A DNA stretch of 64,000 nucleotides from Eledone cirrhosa. Its lineage: Eukaryota. Below, piece by piece: positions 61,266 through 64,000 of the stretch; positions within the stretch are counted from its first letter, which is position 1; each line of letters opens with the position of its first letter. The notes below the pieces were generated by a model. That model was given only the letters and a program-made list of their open reading frames with translations, was not told the DNA's origin and did no database searches. The stretch is from positions 196,416,001-196,480,000 of the forward strand of contig OZ024740.1 in assembly GCA_964016885.1 (NCBI GenBank), in the 5' to 3' direction. Made by a program: the position numbers and the translations under genes.

Positions 61266-64000
61266 TGTCAGAATTACCTTTTATGGAGTCGTTAGACCGT
61301 TAAATTGAATGTCTTGGTATTTGTTCTGGTTCATTGCAGCTCGAGTTCAAATCCCATTGATGTTAACTTTACTTTACATCTCTTCAGGGTCGATAAATAA
61401 CAAATCCAGGGACATTAGATTGGCGGAATTGTTAGTGTTGAACAGAATGCTTTGTAGTATCTGATCTGACTTTGTACATTCCGAGTTTGAATCCTTCCTC
61501 CTCTTGCCAGAAGTTGCAGTAGATAGAATTGGAAAGACTAATTACAGTTGGCTTCTTTCCTTTTTAAAATTTTTATAATTTTCCTTGAAGATTATCTAAC
61601 AACAATCATCAATCGAAATGTCTTTCTCCGATTATCCGCCTTCATTTTCCACTTCATTAAAATCAAATTTACCAACACATTGGAGACAGGGTGCCATTGG
61701 CAATTTGACGATAGCATTTGGCAAGGATTGACATGATCTAACTGGGGAATATATCAGTTCAATTTAAAAGTAGTTGAAGCAATTAAATTCCCTGTGGTAT
61801 CTCGATAAATGTTTGAGAGAGAGAGAGTGTGTGTGTGTGTGTGTGCGTGTGTGAGACTAATAAATGTCTACTATGATTATCACTTTTGTATATGATGGTT
61901 CTTATGGAGGCGTATGGCTTAGTGGTTAGGGCTTGCTGCCGTGAGCTCGACTCCTGGCGGTCCATTGTGTCCTTGACCAAAAATAACAACTTTATTTCAT
62001 GCTTCTGTAGTGCACCCACATGGGAAAAAATGAGTTTTATCTGTAATTCAAAGGACCTGAAAACTAGTGATGTGATGTGATGGTCCTGTAACTCTTGTTG
62101 GAGCCAAAAGGGCACCGTAGATAGCGTTTCTGGGGCATTTAAAGCCCAGTGGAGCCCATCTTTAACCAGATCTGAACACTGCAGATTTCTTCTAGAGAGA
62201 GAGAGGAAGTGTGACAGAAATATAGAGGAAGAATCAACACCAGTACTAGACATGTGCTTTTTTTTTTTTATCGACCTTGAAAGGATGAAAGGCAAAGTTG
62301 ACCTCGACAAGATTTGGACTCAGAAAGTCGAAACGAATACCGCAAATCATTCTATATGACGTTCTAACCACTCTGCCAATTCGCCGCCTTGAAAACTAGA
62401 TTAAGATTACATATATCTGTGGAATGCTGAGTCACTTGCATGTTAATTTCATGAGCAGGCTGCTCTAGTGATCAAACAACTGGAACACTTGTGGGGAACC
62501 GACGGAGGTCTAACAAACAGTTATGATAGTTCAGAGGAACATCACTGAAAACCTTGTCTTCATGCAATATTCACATCAAATCTTCCTTTTGGCAGAACTC
62601 ACCCTCTTCAAACTACACATACAAGGTGCGTTAAACTTAAAACTACAAGCAAACAAGAATTTTAATGAATCGCTACAATCTTATATCCCGTTTTAGTTTG
62701 TGCTGTCCAGAGAGATCCTTGATTCTTTCTTTCAAAACAAAAAAAAAACAAACAAACACACAACACAATACACTTTTAGGTTACAGGTTCAAATACGTTA
62801 ATGGTGGTTTGATCTGTTTCCGAGGAGGGAGGACACTTAATTTCAAATTGCTTTATTTGAAATAGGTATGAGAATTTGCATAGTGAGATTAATAAATTTT
62901 CGTCCGTTTAACTCCAGGGAGACTGGAACAAATCATTAAAATGATTAACCTTATATAACTTCATGATCCTCGATATACTGAAGAGGGAAAGTGAGAAATG
63001 TATAATATTATCACCCATCTCTCTTGTGGTTATAATCACTTACTCTTACTGTCAGTTAGAATATCGTTTTTGAATCGTAATGCATGCATATTTTCGTAAC
63101 CCAATGGTATATTTAATAAAGCCATAGTAAAATATATTTGAAATGCAGTTTTTAGTCAATAATTATATCAGTGAGAGTAAGGGTACAAGAAGTAAGTTGA
63201 GATTCTGATACGATTTCAATTCCAGTTGGAAGCCATTTTACATTTCTAGGTTGGGAAAACTATGAAGTGTGCACATTTTCACTTTTCTATAAATATAGTA
63301 CTTTGGCAGGACACAGTATAAACAAAGGAGTAAGAGGTTCGCTTCACAATCAAAAGGTCCTAGGGTTCGATCCGATTGTGTGGCATCTTAAGCAAGTGTC
63401 ATTTACCATAGTCGCGGGTCGACCTAACCATTGAGAGGGAAAATAGGTAGATACAAACAGTTTGAAAGCCTATCGGATGGACTGTACTTGAGATTCAAAA
63501 GGTCAGCCTTGTCGCACATTGTGTCACACTAAATCTCCTTGAGAATTACATTAAAGTTACACAAGTCTGTGGAATGCTCAGTCACTTACACGCTAATTTC
63601 ATGAGCAGGCTGGTATGTTAATCGAACAACTGGAATACTCATCAATAGAAGTCTATTCCAATTCCAGTACTATGTGCCTTGCCTGTCAAATAATGGTTTC
63701 TAATTCAGGCACAAGACGAACGATTCGAGGTGGGTGGGTAAGCCGATTAAATCTTTCCAGTACTTGACTGGTATTTTATTTTATCGATTCTGGAAAGATG
63801 AAAGGCAAAGTTAACATAAGTGGTGGGAGGAGGGGGAAGATTTGAATTCAGAACGTAAAGCGCCACAATAAATATTTCAAATTGGAGTTATTATTTCAAA
63901 TAATTATAAGAAAAAAAATTAGATCTGAAATATTTTGTTTATTCTCAAATTATAGAAGTGTAACAAAAATCATATAAGAGACTAACAATTATTGTAAATG

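Overview
AT-rich, repeat-dense animal genomic DNA. The SINE/LINE repertoire and (ATG)n/(TA)n tails suggest a coleoid cephalopod such as Octopus (inference). Two divergently oriented spliced genes can be rebuilt with GT-AG junctions and consistent phases: RMC1/C18orf8 on the minus strand (coding exons 1-6, 27670 down to 1559, continuing off the left edge) and a complete 6-exon, 267-aa failed-axon-connections (FAXC/metaxin-like GST) gene on the plus strand (36661-53295). The rest is transposon-derived: RTE-type LINEs with a PHD finger inside the RT region, a second RTE family with a twin-priming 5' inversion, CRE-type RLE retroelements, a non-autonomous tRNA-Trp-primed LTR element and solo LTRs, Tc1, Helitrons, hAT/piggyBac/Tc MITEs, CR1 tails and many tRNA-derived SINEs. 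Most notable: a probable decayed GTF3C4 (TFIIIC90) gene in RMC1 intron 1, inverted LINE copies bracketing in-frame RMC1 exon blocks, a 125-bp near-perfect intronic hairpin, and a 9 x 69-bp hairpin array at the 5' side of a near-full-length LINE. No CRISPR array, rRNA or true tRNA gene is supported. Protein and family assignments come from recalled motifs, not from a database search.
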